64,000 nucleotides of DNA. Origin: Candidatus Kapaibacterium sp. Its GTDB lineage: Bacteria; Patescibacteriota; Patescibacteriia; UBA9934. Positions within the stretch are counted from its first letter, which is position 1. Every line of letters begins with the position of its first letter. The stretch is taken from the NCBI GenBank assembly GCA_044350705.1, contig JBILHA010000002.1, forward strand, positions 30,542 through 94,541, in the 5' to 3' direction. Positions 28,757-38,938 of the stretch are shown in pieces. The position numbers were made by a program, and so were the translations under genes. The notes beneath the pieces were generated by a model. The model worked only from the letters and a program-made list of their open reading frames with translations, was not told where the DNA came from and ran no database searches.

Positions 28757-29443
28757 TTATCCTAACAGGCGCTTTTTAATAACATCCTTCATGATCGTGA
28801 GTGAGGCGCCAGGTCTTGCTGACTGTCCCTTTTTCAATACTTCATCGTTATATTGAATCGTCACAGGCCGCTCGACCACACGAAGACGCCGGGTAGGAAT
28901 GAGGTCAAGAATTTCAGATGCGTGCGCCGCTCTATCAAGCGAAATGCGGAGTTTTTTCGCTGCATCTTTGGTGAGCGCGCGAAAACCGTTATGTGTATCC
29001 GTGAGCCGAATTCCGGAAACGAGAAGCGTAAAGAGCCTCCCTCCTGCGAGAGTGAGTTTTCGCGTAAATGGCATATTCTGAGCGTCCTTTCCCAGGAATC
29101 GCGAACCAAGCACAATGTCCGCTTCATCTTTCAAAAGCGGATCGATCATGGAGGGAATATCGGCACCCTCCATCTGTCCGTCCCCATCGAAATGGACGAT
29201 AATATCCGCCCCGAGATTGCGAATCGCAAAGTCCGTTGCCGTTTGGAGCGCTGCTCCTTGTCCTCGGTTAATGACATGTCGGAGCACATACGCTCCTGCT
29301 GCATATGCCGCCTGTCCTGTGCGATCCGTGCTGCAGTCATCGGCGACCACTATGGCACTACAATAACGCAGCGCATCTTGCACGGCTTGTGCAATACGCT
29401 TTTCTTCATTGTACGCGGGGATAACAGCGACGGTGAGCGGCAT
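28757..29443 (-). CDS. GT2 polyprenol-phosphate glycosyltransferase (dolichyl-phosphate-mannose-synthase-like)
   Basis: MPLTVAVIPAYNEEKRIAQAV...VADDCSTDRTG...IVHFDGDGQ: classic DPM1-like GT-A with DxD (DGD). Confidence 0.85.
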   Translation of the reverse strand: MPLTVAVIPAYNEEKRIAQAVQDALRYCSAIVVADDCSTDRTGQAAYAAGAYVLRHVINRGQGAALQTATDFAIRNLGADIIVHFDGDGQMEGADIPSMIDPLLKDEADIVLGSRFLGKDAQNMPFTRKLTLAGGRLFTLLVSGIRLTDTHNGFRALTKDAAKKLRISLDRAAHASEILDLIPTRRLRVVERPVTIQYNDEVLKKGQSARPGASLTIMKDVIKKRLLG

Positions 29444-29468
29444 ATCTTTTACCTATCATCTCACCGGT

Positions 29469-30470
29469 TTATGACGCTCGCGTCAAGAGCACCTTATTTG
29501 CTCGAATATAATCGATCGTTTTTCGCAACCCGTCATCCATGCGCACCAACGGGATCCATCCGAGCTTTTCCCTCGCCTTTTGCAACGCAGGAAGCGCTAA
29601 AGGAATCATGTGCGGAGGCTGCGGCTCGTACTGAATAGGCACCGTCACTCCAGCAAGCTCCATGATTTTTTTTGCCACATCAGCAATAATGACGTCAGCA
29701 TCATTGCCAATGTTTACGGGTCCGATTCCCCTTTCCGCCTTCATCAAACGCATCACTCCATCAACAACGTCGGTGACATAGGTGAGCGAGGTGGCGCTCT
29801 TTTCGTCACCCGCTATGACAATGGGCTCTTCATCGAGAACATTCAGCACAAAATCCGGAATTTGATGTCCGTGGAAAAGCGGCATGCGCGGGCCGTATGT
29901 TCTAAAAATACGTGCAATTTTTGCATCGAGCCCATGCGTGTCTGCATATGTTACGGTCATCGTTTCTGCAAAACGCTTTCCTTCGTTAAAGCATCCCCGG
30001 GGATTGAGATGATCAAATACCCCCAGTACATCTTCTTTTACCATGCCATGATCCGCATGACTGCCATAAATAGTCGCTGAAGATGCGAGGAGGAACTTTG
30101 CCTTATATTTTACCGCTACATCAAGCACGTGTTTTATTCCCACGGCGTTACTGAGTACCGCGTGCATGCGATACTTTTCAAAGTTTTTTACCGAGGTAGG
30201 CATTGCAAAGTGATAAATCTCTTGGATGCCTACGAACTTTACTTTAAACGGATCGAGCTCGCTAAATGCTTCAATCTGGAATGGCTCGTTGATATTGAGA
30301 CGGAGAAATTGAAAATCAGGGTTTCTGAGCAGCGCATCAATATTCAATAAGCTCCCTGTCGAGATATCATCTACACAAATCACCCTATTTCCTTCCCGTA
30401 AGAGCGCCTCACAGAGAAAAGAGCCGATAAATCCAGCACCTCCGGTAACAAGTACATTTTTCTTTTCCAT
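29469..30470 (-). CDS. NAD-dependent epimerase/dehydratase (UDP-glucuronate decarboxylase/UXS-like)
   Basis: VLVTGGAGFIGSFLCEALL...VICVDDISTGS resembles the UXS N-terminus; extended SDR fold; 333 aa. Confidence 0.7.
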   Translation of the reverse strand: MEKKNVLVTGGAGFIGSFLCEALLREGNRVICVDDISTGSLLNIDALLRNPDFQFLRLNINEPFQIEAFSELDPFKVKFVGIQEIYHFAMPTSVKNFEKYRMHAVLSNAVGIKHVLDVAVKYKAKFLLASSATIYGSHADHGMVKEDVLGVFDHLNPRGCFNEGKRFAETMTVTYADTHGLDAKIARIFRTYGPRMPLFHGHQIPDFVLNVLDEEPIVIAGDEKSATSLTYVTDVVDGVMRLMKAERGIGPVNIGNDADVIIADVAKKIMELAGVTVPIQYEPQPPHMIPLALPALQKAREKLGWIPLVRMDDGLRKTIDYIRANKVLLTRAS

Positions 30471-30489
30471 ACGCTGTTCATTTTATCAC

Positions 30490-32541
30490 CTACCATGCCC
30501 CCATCCAGGTGCCTTGCGCAGGAACGATGTCTTTTATCTCTCCCATGAGCGTTCCATCCGGCGCCCACACCTGCACACTCCCCGCATGCCCATGCGGCGC
30601 AGTCACGATATCCCAATATCCATCTACATCAATATCTGCAACGGACACATTTGTTCCTCCCCCATCCGTTACGTCCGTAATGAAGAACTCTCTCCAGAGC
30701 GCACCAATGTAGTTAAAAATGCGCACATGGCCCGCGCCTCCCGTGAGGGGACCAATCACGATTTCATCACGCTCATCGCCATCGAAGTCTCCTGCGCTCA
30801 AGGTGAGTCCTGCATCCATATTCGGCGCATATGCCAAGAAGTCTACAAGACGAGATCCGTCCGCATTGTAAACAGCTACCCGCGGCTCTTTATTTTGCGC
30901 AGCAATAATGAGCTCTTTTTCCCAGTCATGATCAACATCTGCAACGGCAACCGTGAAACGCGTCCCTTCCGCAAATCCCTCCACCGTGAAACGCGAGAGT
31001 TCTTCCCCGTATTGATCAAAAATAACCACGTCATTACTTACCCCTGCCCCGACCGCAGTCACAATTTCTTCAATCCCGTCTCCCGTTACATCTCCAATCG
31101 CTGCCGAAACGCCTTGGCGAGCGTTCTCATCGTATGCGAAGAATTCTCGCATGAGCGCACCGGAAACGGAAAATATACGCACTTGCGGCCCCCCGCCCAC
31201 TCCGGGCGTTGCCACAATTTCTACCGCATTGTCGTCGTTGAGATCATCTACCGCAACCTGTACCCCGCCGGTGAATGCTTCACCAAATGCAAGGAACGAT
31301 GCATATGCAACCCCATCTGCGCGCCACACCTGTACTTCCGACTTTCCCCCTGCTCGTGCACCGAGCACCATGTATGAATCGCGGGCGCCTGCAAAATCAT
31401 TTACTTCATCATCAATACGTTCCTCGTCTTCTTCACGCTCTTCATCTCCTTCCTCCTGCATACCCACGAGCGTGGCCGCCACTTCTAAAGCGCGTGCGAT
31501 GTTAATACGCCCTGCTCCGATCGCCCCCACTCCTGACAGCGTATGCGCAGGATCAACGCTCAACTTCAGCGCAGAACGCACATTGTCTACCGATATTTCA
31601 GGGTAATAACTCACAATAAGCGCCGCTGCCCCTGCAACGATAGGGCTTGCCATGGACGTTCCAGACCACGGCCCGATATATAACTCCCCTGCTTCCGCGC
31701 GGCTTCCCCTCTCTGCATATCCTAGCCCGTAGATTCCCTCTCCAGGAGCGGAGATGTCTGCGCAGCTTGATCCGAAATTGGTAAATCCCGTCTCTTGGTC
31801 GTCCGCATCAGTCGCCGCAACACCAATGACCCAATCGGAAACCGATCCTTGCAAACAGGCAGGATAGACCGGTACTTCATTGAGATCACGTGCGTCATTT
31901 CCCAGCGCGGCAACAATCACTACCCCTTGTTGATAGGCATGTTGCACCGCGTTTCTAAGTGAGGCATGCGCTTCATTTCCGGCAAAGCTCAAATTAATAA
32001 CATCTGCGCCATTCCGCACCGCATACGCAATCGCCGCGGATGCATCAGATTCATTTCCACTTCCATGCTCATCGAGAATACGGAGCGGCATGATTTTTGC
32101 ATTCCACGCAATTCCCGCGTATCCCTCGTGATTATTTCCTACCGCCCCCACAATGCCTGCGACCACTGTTCCGTGCGACTGCGCCTCAGGATCACTCGAG
32201 TGCTCGAGCTCAGGTGCGGGAGTTGCATCATTATCAATGAAGTCCCACCCTTGCGTATCATCAATATATCCATTTCCATCATCGTCCTTTCCATTTCCTG
32301 CAATTTCCCCTGCGTTGCTCCAGAGGTTTCCTGCAAGATCGGGGTGATCCAAGGCAATGCCCGTATCGAGCACTGCTACAACGACCTCTTCGCTGCCGGT
32401 CGTGATCTCCCATGCCTCTGGTGCTGAAATGTGTGGAAGATACCAGAGATCCGCATACTTGGTGTCATTGGGCGTACGAGCGAGCGCCAGAGCAGGCGTT
32501 ACCATTCCCAGGAGGGCGATCAGTGCAAGGGGCTTATGCAT
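30490..32541 (-). CDS. Secreted subtilisin-like serine protease (S8) with C-terminal FG-GAP/VCBS-type repeats
   Basis: Signal peptide MHKPLALIALLGMVTPALALA; catalytic D (VAVLDTGI), H (HGTVVAGIV), S (GTSMASPIVAGAAAL); an acidic linker; C-terminal repeats with GD.DGDG..E (FG-GAP-like). Confidence 0.85.
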   Translation of the reverse strand: MHKPLALIALLGMVTPALALARTPNDTKYADLWYLPHISAPEAWEITTGSEEVVVAVLDTGIALDHPDLAGNLWSNAGEIAGNGKDDDGNGYIDDTQGWDFIDNDATPAPELEHSSDPEAQSHGTVVAGIVGAVGNNHEGYAGIAWNAKIMPLRILDEHGSGNESDASAAIAYAVRNGADVINLSFAGNEAHASLRNAVQHAYQQGVVIVAALGNDARDLNEVPVYPACLQGSVSDWVIGVAATDADDQETGFTNFGSSCADISAPGEGIYGLGYAERGSRAEAGELYIGPWSGTSMASPIVAGAAALIVSYYPEISVDNVRSALKLSVDPAHTLSGVGAIGAGRINIARALEVAATLVGMQEEGDEEREEDEERIDDEVNDFAGARDSYMVLGARAGGKSEVQVWRADGVAYASFLAFGEAFTGGVQVAVDDLNDDNAVEIVATPGVGGGPQVRIFSVSGALMREFFAYDENARQGVSAAIGDVTGDGIEEIVTAVGAGVSNDVVIFDQYGEELSRFTVEGFAEGTRFTVAVADVDHDWEKELIIAAQNKEPRVAVYNADGSRLVDFLAYAPNMDAGLTLSAGDFDGDERDEIVIGPLTGGAGHVRIFNYIGALWREFFITDVTDGGGTNVSVADIDVDGYWDIVTAPHGHAGSVQVWAPDGTLMGEIKDIVPAQGTWMGAW

Positions 32542-32568
32542 ATGGGCGTATTATGCCACATAACATAA

Positions 32569-32636
32569 AACATCCCGTCATTGCGTAGATACGGCTTCGT
32601 GGGCCGTATCTACGCATAGGAGCACAACGGGATGTT
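32569..32636 (-). terminator. Nested two-tier hairpin terminator after the TPR gene
   Basis: Outer inverted repeat aacatcccgt/acgggatgtt encloses a perfect 14-bp stem tgcgtagatacggc / gccgtatctacgca; followed on the minus strand by a T-rich tract. Confidence 0.6.
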
Positions 32637-32637
32637 C

Positions 32638-33396
32638 TTATTCGGTAGGATTTTTCAGTTCTCGTCCTTCAGCATTATCTCGTGCGCCAGATGCTGTCCG
32701 ACACGCGCTCAGCACTTCTCTTTTTTCATCTTCCACTTGCTGACGAATTTCACCGGTCTCCGCAATCGTTTCTGCAACCTCGAAATGATCTTTTGCCTTT
32801 GTGCAGTCTCCCGCTTCCCCGTACCAACGCCCTAAGCCAAGCATGTTAAACATTTTTCGCCCAACGGTCTCAACCGAATCTTCATAGAGCTCCTTGATCT
32901 TTTCTTTTTCTTCAGGGAACTGCTCCTTCAGAATATTTATTGCATCACGGTAGGTTTGTTCCATTGGCGTCAGTTCTACGGCGCGCAGATATGCATTTTT
33001 TGCGTCCTCCCAATCTTGCATAAGACGGAGCGTATATCCGTACGAGCTCCAGAATCCGCTATTGAGCGAATTTTCTTCGATCGCTTTTTCCAACGATTCT
33101 CGCGCAAGAATGAGATCACCAAGCAACAGTGCATCATTTGCAATCGATGCGTAGAGATTTTCATCCACATCTTCCCCTGCATCTTCCGTTGCTTGTATGG
33201 ATGCTTGTGCCGTTGCAATACGCTGCTCTGCGAGCGCGCGCACGCCTTCATCGGATTGCACCTCAATGCGAGTTACCAATCCCTTATAGGGATCTCGGTT
33301 TACCCAGGCATATGCCCCCAACGCAAGCGCTCCAATCAGCGCGATTGCGACCACTCCCCCGATCCATTGCTCACGAGAAATATTCCTGAAATTCAT
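32638..33396 (-). CDS. TPR-repeat protein with N-terminal signal anchor
   Basis: Start ATG 33396 (MNFRNISREQWIGGVVAIALIGALALGAYAWV); body shows TPR-like helical repeats (WEDAKNAYLRAVEL, YGEAGDCTKAKDHFEVAE). The track ORF extends further upstream without support. Confidence 0.55.
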   Translation of the reverse strand: MNFRNISREQWIGGVVAIALIGALALGAYAWVNRDPYKGLVTRIEVQSDEGVRALAEQRIATAQASIQATEDAGEDVDENLYASIANDALLLGDLILARESLEKAIEENSLNSGFWSSYGYTLRLMQDWEDAKNAYLRAVELTPMEQTYRDAINILKEQFPEEKEKIKELYEDSVETVGRKMFNMLGLGRWYGEAGDCTKAKDHFEVAETIAETGEIRQQVEDEKREVLSACRTASGARDNAEGRELKNPTE

Positions 33397-33461
33397 ATAA
33401 AAAAACTGTAGCAGAGAGTGCTTCGGATGAAAAGAGCATGGTTCTTTTTGAGAAAACCAAA

Positions 33462-33486
33462 CCCCCGGCACAAGGCCGGGGGTTTT
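33462..33486 (-). terminator. Rho-independent terminator after the giant surface-protein gene
   Basis: cccccggc acaag gccggggg followed by tttt; sits ~40 nt past the stop at 33522. Confidence 0.6.
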
Positions 33487-33521
33487 GGCGTTCGCATCAT
33501 TCTTCTTACGAAGATCGATGG

Positions 33522-36500
33522 TTAGAACTGTACAGACGAAGCACCACTGAAGTCGGTGATGTCGACGAGGTAAGCACCCCACCAGTCATCAGTCGTTCCA
33601 GTAGCTCCCGCTACGCCGTCATCCTTCCAGAGGAAAGAGGTTGGGAGGCGGAAGATGTCATCGGACGTACCGATGCCGGTGTTCGCCATAACGTTGGTAC
33701 CAAGGTATCCACGAACAACCGTAAGGTCATTGGTGCTAATGTTGGTTACAAGCATGCGTTCATCGGAAGCGGAAACGCCGTCGTCAGCAACGTCGAAGAT
33801 GATGATATCTCCAACGCTGAATGCAGCTCCGGAATCTACGGTGATTACCGTATCGGTTACTGCAATCGAGGTTTCAGCAGAAGCATCAGCAACTGCGTCG
33901 TAGTTCGTTGAAGCAGGATCGCTTACAATTTCGAACAATACGCTGTCGTCGGTAGATGCACCTGCTGCACTCATGTAGAGCGAGTAGGTCTTTGTGGTTC
34001 CTGCAGCAACTACTTCATCGGTTGGGAATGCTACACCAACAAATGCGATATCAGCTGCGGTACCGTCACATGCTACTACTTCGCTGGAAGCTACCTTGTG
34101 CAAGCTCCAGTTTGCAGAAGCCGTATCAAGAGCGGTCGAAAGGTTCGAGCGATCGAAAATATCGAAATCTGCACCAGTCTTTACATAGGTTCCTGGAGAC
34201 GCGGTATCACACGTGTTCCAATCAGCACCTCCTACATCGGAAGCGCTCATGCGGAACATGATGCGATCGATGACTACATCTTCACCTGCGGTTGCGGAAA
34301 CGTTGAAGCGAAGAACTTCAGGGCGTCCACCTGCAACACCCGTAGAAGGAGAAGAGGAAGAGCGAGCTACAGATGGGTAGGTTTCCTTCACGACGAAGGT
34401 AGGTACGCCATCGGTAGATTCAAGATCGTCACCAAGGTCAGCAACGGAAGCACCGTTTACTTCAGAACCCGAGCCAGAGCCCGTAGCCTTGAAGTAGGTG
34501 TTTCCTGCTCCGGAGGTGTAAAGACCCATACGTACCTTTTCGTTTGAGGTAGCAGAACCACCAGAAACGCGGTCAGTCGTAGGAACGTTTACGTATACCT
34601 CAACGTCGGTAGGTTCATCTACTGCTACTGGGATCGAAAGACCCGAGAAGCGAGCGATGTTTCCAGAGAGCGCTGCGGTAGGAGCAGTTCCGGTCATACC
34701 ATCCCATGCAAGAGAAACAACGGAAATGTTGTTTGCGTATGCAGCGGAGTTGGAAGAGCCCGTATCATCTTCAGCTTGTTCTTCAGAGAAGGACAAGGTG
34801 TTGAGGACGAAATCTTCGTTGGTAGCCGTAAAGCGGTAGGTTGCTACATGGCTGTTGGACGTGCCCGTGCGGAGGAAATCCGCATCTGGCATGTCTGCTG
34901 CAGCGGATGCTGCGAGAGAACCACTTGCTGCGATGGTCACAACGCGATCCACCGTTGTTGCGCTGCCGTTTACTGCGTCACCCGTTGCCGTTACATCGTC
35001 ACCATCTTCGTCTTCGGCGATCACATCAGAAGATGCATCAACGATATCGAATGCGAAATGACGGTTGGAGGTTTCGGATGGGTTTGCAAGGTTACACTTT
35101 ACCGTAAGGGTTGCAACTTCGGAAGCGTCGAGCATCCAGTCCATACTATCAAACGTGATCGTCTGACCGTTGGAAGAAGGAGACTCTGGGCCACCTACGA
35201 TTTCAGAACCGTGGTAAAGCGAGCAAGATTCAATGAAGTCATTGACGTCTGCGTTCGTTTCACCTCCGATCGTGAAGGTTGCATCACCATCGTCATCTCC
35301 GTATGCGGAGAGCACGATTTCACTTACCGTGATATCAGATGCGTCACCTGCCGTGAAGGTGAATCCTACAGCAGCATGGCTGTCGGTTCCCTGAACGGTC
35401 GTGGTATCAACTGGCGTAGAAGCCAAGCTGATTGCAAGAGAAGCTGCACGTGCGGTTTGGTTGAAACCTACAACGCCAGATGCTGGAACGATGTCGGTTA
35501 CCGTGTCACCGTTTGCATCCTCAATGTCGAGACCGGAAACGGTTACCTCGGCTAAGAAGATGGTTCCGGAACCAACCAAATCATCTACGTCTGCAACAAC
35601 TGCGAGATTGAGGGTTTCACCCGCTTCAATCGTGAAGTCATCGGTGAACGTAAGCGTTTCGTCAGCGTCATCGGTTCCCGTAAGTTCGAGAGATGCGCCA
35701 ACGGTGCGGCCACTGTCGGTATCTACCACCTTGATATCAGTCAAGGAAGGTACGGATCCCGTCGTGAAAAGACCATCAGTGTCATCATCTCCGCCGTTCT
35801 CTACTGCATCACGAGCGTCGCCATCAGCGTCGTCGTCAGAGTAAAGCTTTACCGCCATCGACTTCACATCTACCGTCTGTGCAGACGTGATGGAGAATTC
35901 GAGAAGCGTCTGGTCCTGTGCGTCGATCTGAATGTCGCCTACTGCAGGGCCGTTGAATGCAAGCGTTACATCGCCGCCTTGAACGACACTGTAGGAACAC
36001 TGCACGGACGACGTACATGCACTGTCATCGTATTCCTCTATGTTTGTTGCCATGCCGAATCCGTAGTCTCCACCGATCGCGAGAATGTCTACCGCGTTTT
36101 CAGCGTACACACGGATAACGTCGGACGACTTTCCACCAATATCAGCGGAAAGGGTGAAGACGTTATTATCACCTTCTTCAATGAAGAAAGGCTCGTCTGC
36201 AAGGCTACATACAACCTGGTCACGAGAGGTGTTTTCACACTCTGCGAGCCAGTCGGAACCATCCCAGAGGTTGAAATCGGAGTGATCTCCTGCATCCTCA
36301 ACTTCGAGGGTGATGAGCTCTACGTCAGCATCTTCAGTACCTGCGGACAATCGGAACTTCGCAATTTCTGCGTCTTGTTCACCGATTGCAGGGTCCTGGA
36401 TGCTTCCTGCAGCCTCAATCGTCAACGTTCCAGAGCTTGCTCCACCTACGGTGAATTCATCGCCTTCGATTGGGAAGCGACCAGAAACGTCACCCGATGC

Positions 36501-37610
36501 GGTTACCATATCTGCAGATTCGAGCTCGAATCCGAAGGTGGAAGCTGCATCTGCGAGGGTAGCAACCGTTGCCTTTACCGTAAGGGTTACGGAATCGCGA
36601 GCACCAAGCTCAACATCAAGAGAGTTGAAAGTTACTTCGCGGGTAGAAGAGTTGATCGAGCGAGCATCGGTCAAGCGAGTATCACCTTCGTAAAGGTACA
36701 CTGCGGAGAGCGTGCTTGCTGCGCCTGCTCCGGTAAGGGAGAGGGTAACGCCGTCAAGAACTGCTTCTTCGGAACCTGCTTCAACGTCGAAAGCGAATAC
36801 TTCAACGCCGTTTGCGCCCTTCGTAACCGTAGAACCAGCTGGCATCGAAGATGCCGCAGAGATTTCAACGTCTCCCATTGCGGAAGAGTCGTCATCGCTG
36901 GTTTCCGTCTGAGCAGCGTCTACAAGGGAGGTCATCTCGGAAGAGATTTCATCACCCATGGTCAAATCGCTGTCATCGATGTTTGCACCGTCCAAAACGA
37001 ACTTCGACATGAAGTTGTTTGCGGACATACCTGCGGAGGTAACCTCGCGCATTTCACCATCCCAAGAAAGGTAGGTGGTTCCTCCCATTTCATAGAGCGC
37101 ACCTTCGTATGCAGCTGCTTCCATGAGAGAAGTTCCCTCAGTGTAATCAGCGAAGAATACGTCTGGTACGTCTACGATACGCTTGTTCCAATCGGAACCA
37201 GCGAGATCTTCTGCGATGTCTGCGGTTTCAATCCAGTGAATCATGCCGTTGCGAGCAACTGCATATACATCAGCGATGGACTGCACCTTGATCCACCAAG
37301 AACCTGGGCGCATTACTACGTTACCACCGAGGGTGATATCGGAGAGTGCACTGTCAGAAATGGTAGATACGTCATTGAAGTTTGAGTACCAAGTGAAGTA
37401 CGTTGCTTCGTTAGGGAAAACGTAGCGCATACCGTCGTAACCGTAGTAGTAGACGGTAGAGAGCGACGTTCCCTTAATGAGATCGCCAGCAGAAGCTGCG
37501 CTCACCGATGCAGGGGAAACGAGAAGGCCTGCACCTACAGAGAAAGCGATGGTCGCTGCAGCTACTGCTGCAGAGAAAGCACGCTTACCTGTTTCAAGAA
37601 CATGTTGCAT
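33522..37610 (-). CDS. Giant acidic secreted protein (1362 aa), putative surface-layer/adhesin-like protein
   Basis: Start ATG 37610 (MQHVLETGKRAFSAAVAAATIAFSVGAGLLVSPASVSAASA, signal peptide); extremely D/E/T/S/G/A/V-rich; repeated beta-sandwich-like modules; ends ..SSVQF; good terminator downstream. Confidence 0.8.
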   Translation of the reverse strand: MQHVLETGKRAFSAAVAAATIAFSVGAGLLVSPASVSAASAGDLIKGTSLSTVYYYGYDGMRYVFPNEATYFTWYSNFNDVSTISDSALSDITLGGNVVMRPGSWWIKVQSIADVYAVARNGMIHWIETADIAEDLAGSDWNKRIVDVPDVFFADYTEGTSLMEAAAYEGALYEMGGTTYLSWDGEMREVTSAGMSANNFMSKFVLDGANIDDSDLTMGDEISSEMTSLVDAAQTETSDDDSSAMGDVEISAASSMPAGSTVTKGANGVEVFAFDVEAGSEEAVLDGVTLSLTGAGAASTLSAVYLYEGDTRLTDARSINSSTREVTFNSLDVELGARDSVTLTVKATVATLADAASTFGFELESADMVTASGDVSGRFPIEGDEFTVGGASSGTLTIEAAGSIQDPAIGEQDAEIAKFRLSAGTEDADVELITLEVEDAGDHSDFNLWDGSDWLAECENTSRDQVVCSLADEPFFIEEGDNNVFTLSADIGGKSSDVIRVYAENAVDILAIGGDYGFGMATNIEEYDDSACTSSVQCSYSVVQGGDVTLAFNGPAVGDIQIDAQDQTLLEFSITSAQTVDVKSMAVKLYSDDDADGDARDAVENGGDDDTDGLFTTGSVPSLTDIKVVDTDSGRTVGASLELTGTDDADETLTFTDDFTIEAGETLNLAVVADVDDLVGSGTIFLAEVTVSGLDIEDANGDTVTDIVPASGVVGFNQTARAASLAISLASTPVDTTTVQGTDSHAAVGFTFTAGDASDITVSEIVLSAYGDDDGDATFTIGGETNADVNDFIESCSLYHGSEIVGGPESPSSNGQTITFDSMDWMLDASEVATLTVKCNLANPSETSNRHFAFDIVDASSDVIAEDEDGDDVTATGDAVNGSATTVDRVVTIAASGSLAASAAADMPDADFLRTGTSNSHVATYRFTATNEDFVLNTLSFSEEQAEDDTGSSNSAAYANNISVVSLAWDGMTGTAPTAALSGNIARFSGLSIPVAVDEPTDVEVYVNVPTTDRVSGGSATSNEKVRMGLYTSGAGNTYFKATGSGSGSEVNGASVADLGDDLESTDGVPTFVVKETYPSVARSSSSPSTGVAGGRPEVLRFNVSATAGEDVVIDRIMFRMSASDVGGADWNTCDTASPGTYVKTGADFDIFDRSNLSTALDTASANWSLHKVASSEVVACDGTAADIAFVGVAFPTDEVVAAGTTKTYSLYMSAAGASTDDSVLFEIVSDPASTNYDAVADASAETSIAVTDTVITVDSGAAFSVGDIIIFDVADDGVSASDERMLVTNISTNDLTVVRGYLGTNVMANTGIGTSDDIFRLPTSFLWKDDGVAGATGTTDDWWGAYLVDITDFSGASSVQF

Positions 37611-37782
37611 AAGCAAAATAAATGTGACTCTTTTTACCCCAAGAGCCGGGGGTGATGTGAAGAAGGACAAATCCGGCCCTGCGGCCTCGACCTTGCTTGG
37701 TTTTGTCAGGGATGCGAACGCCATCCCTTCGGAATCCACCACGCTTGCGCATGATGCCTTCTGAAGGAAGGGCGAGGTCCGC

Positions 37783-38931
37783 CTAGGGCGTCTCCTCTCC
37801 CGTTTCCTGCGTATCGTCGTCTGTTTTTTCTTTCGCTTCGTTTTCCATGAATGCCTGCGTAATGGATTCTTCGATGAACGTCAGCTCTTTCTCCATGCCC
37901 GCGAGCGCAGCATCCATTTCTTTTAAGGTATCAAGTGCGGATCGCACTCCTCCGGCTGCGAATCCATCCATAATGGAAGGGAGTTTCGCATCCATTTCTT
38001 CCATGGCTTTTTTCATATTCGCAAATGTTGATTTTTCAGGGAGTGTAACACCCGCCTGTGCAAGGATCTCTTTTTGCTCCACCGCGATGCCTTCGATGGT
38101 CGTGATGCGGTGCAGCACCAGTGCACGACGGGTTTCTATTTCTCCAAAAAGATTTCGGAATACTTTTCCTACTTCAACGGTCGAACGGTCGCTTGGGGCG
38201 GTTTCGTGCGCAATAATCGTTACATCGGTTGCAACATCTGCAATTGATTGCGTGGTTTGCGTGACCTGTTCTGCCACCTGGCGTGTATTTACTCCCGCTT
38301 CTTCTGTGTGCTGATCTTCGCTTACTCCTTCCTGTCCACTGCTTGCGGTGGTAATTTCTTCCGCATTTCGCGTGAGCAGGGCAACCTGGTCAAGTACTGA
38401 AGCTGCCGTGGAGAGTGCCTGGGTTTGATCTTGCTCTTGGAGCATTTGCAGATCCGTCGTCGCAGAGGCGATTTCTCGCTGGTACGCCGTAACCGTTTCA
38501 GGGATGTACTGTGCTCTGTTTGGCTCTTCTTGCACGGCGCGTTGGAGTGCCGCAACCTCCTCAAGGCGACGACCTGCGAATTCGGTATGCAGAACCGCTC
38601 GACGATCAAGGGAAGCCATGCGGATTTGCGCACGTTCCGCAATGATCTTTACGTTATAAAGCGTATCTCCTGGCAAACTGTACTGGGCTGCAGATGTGGT
38701 CACCCACCCTCCCGCTACAAATACCAAAGATGCCGCAGTCACTGCAACCGGCTTATAGATCAGGGATTGCAAAAATCCCACGGTGTAAGCCGTAGATGAA
38801 GGAGCGGATTCAAATACCGCCTCGGGAATTGCACTGAGCAACCGCGCCCGAGCCTGTGCATGTACCTCAGCATCAACCGCACCTGCCTGAGGCAGGTTTT
38901 TTGCTTTTCGCAATGCGGGAGGCAAAAACAT
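37783..38931 (-). CDS. Putative anti-sigma factor (single-pass membrane protein with coiled-coil extracytoplasmic domain)
   Basis: Start ATG 38931 lies 7 nt after the ECF sigma stop; one TM (YKPVAVTAASLVFVAGGWVTT); C-terminal 300 aa Q/E/A-rich helical; position and topology fit ECF anti-sigma factors. No sequence family recognised. Confidence 0.45.
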   Translation of the reverse strand: MFLPPALRKAKNLPQAGAVDAEVHAQARARLLSAIPEAVFESAPSSTAYTVGFLQSLIYKPVAVTAASLVFVAGGWVTTSAAQYSLPGDTLYNVKIIAERAQIRMASLDRRAVLHTEFAGRRLEEVAALQRAVQEEPNRAQYIPETVTAYQREIASATTDLQMLQEQDQTQALSTAASVLDQVALLTRNAEEITTASSGQEGVSEDQHTEEAGVNTRQVAEQVTQTTQSIADVATDVTIIAHETAPSDRSTVEVGKVFRNLFGEIETRRALVLHRITTIEGIAVEQKEILAQAGVTLPEKSTFANMKKAMEEMDAKLPSIMDGFAAGGVRSALDTLKEMDAALAGMEKELTFIEESITQAFMENEAKEKTDDDTQETGEETP

Positions 38932-38938
38932 CACAGCG

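Noticed and set aside
34776-37385. Plus-strand ORFs inside the giant gene (for example 34776-35555 and 35979-37385)
   Set aside because: They are antisense to a 1362-aa coherent secreted-protein frame; their translations are Cys/Arg-rich noise.
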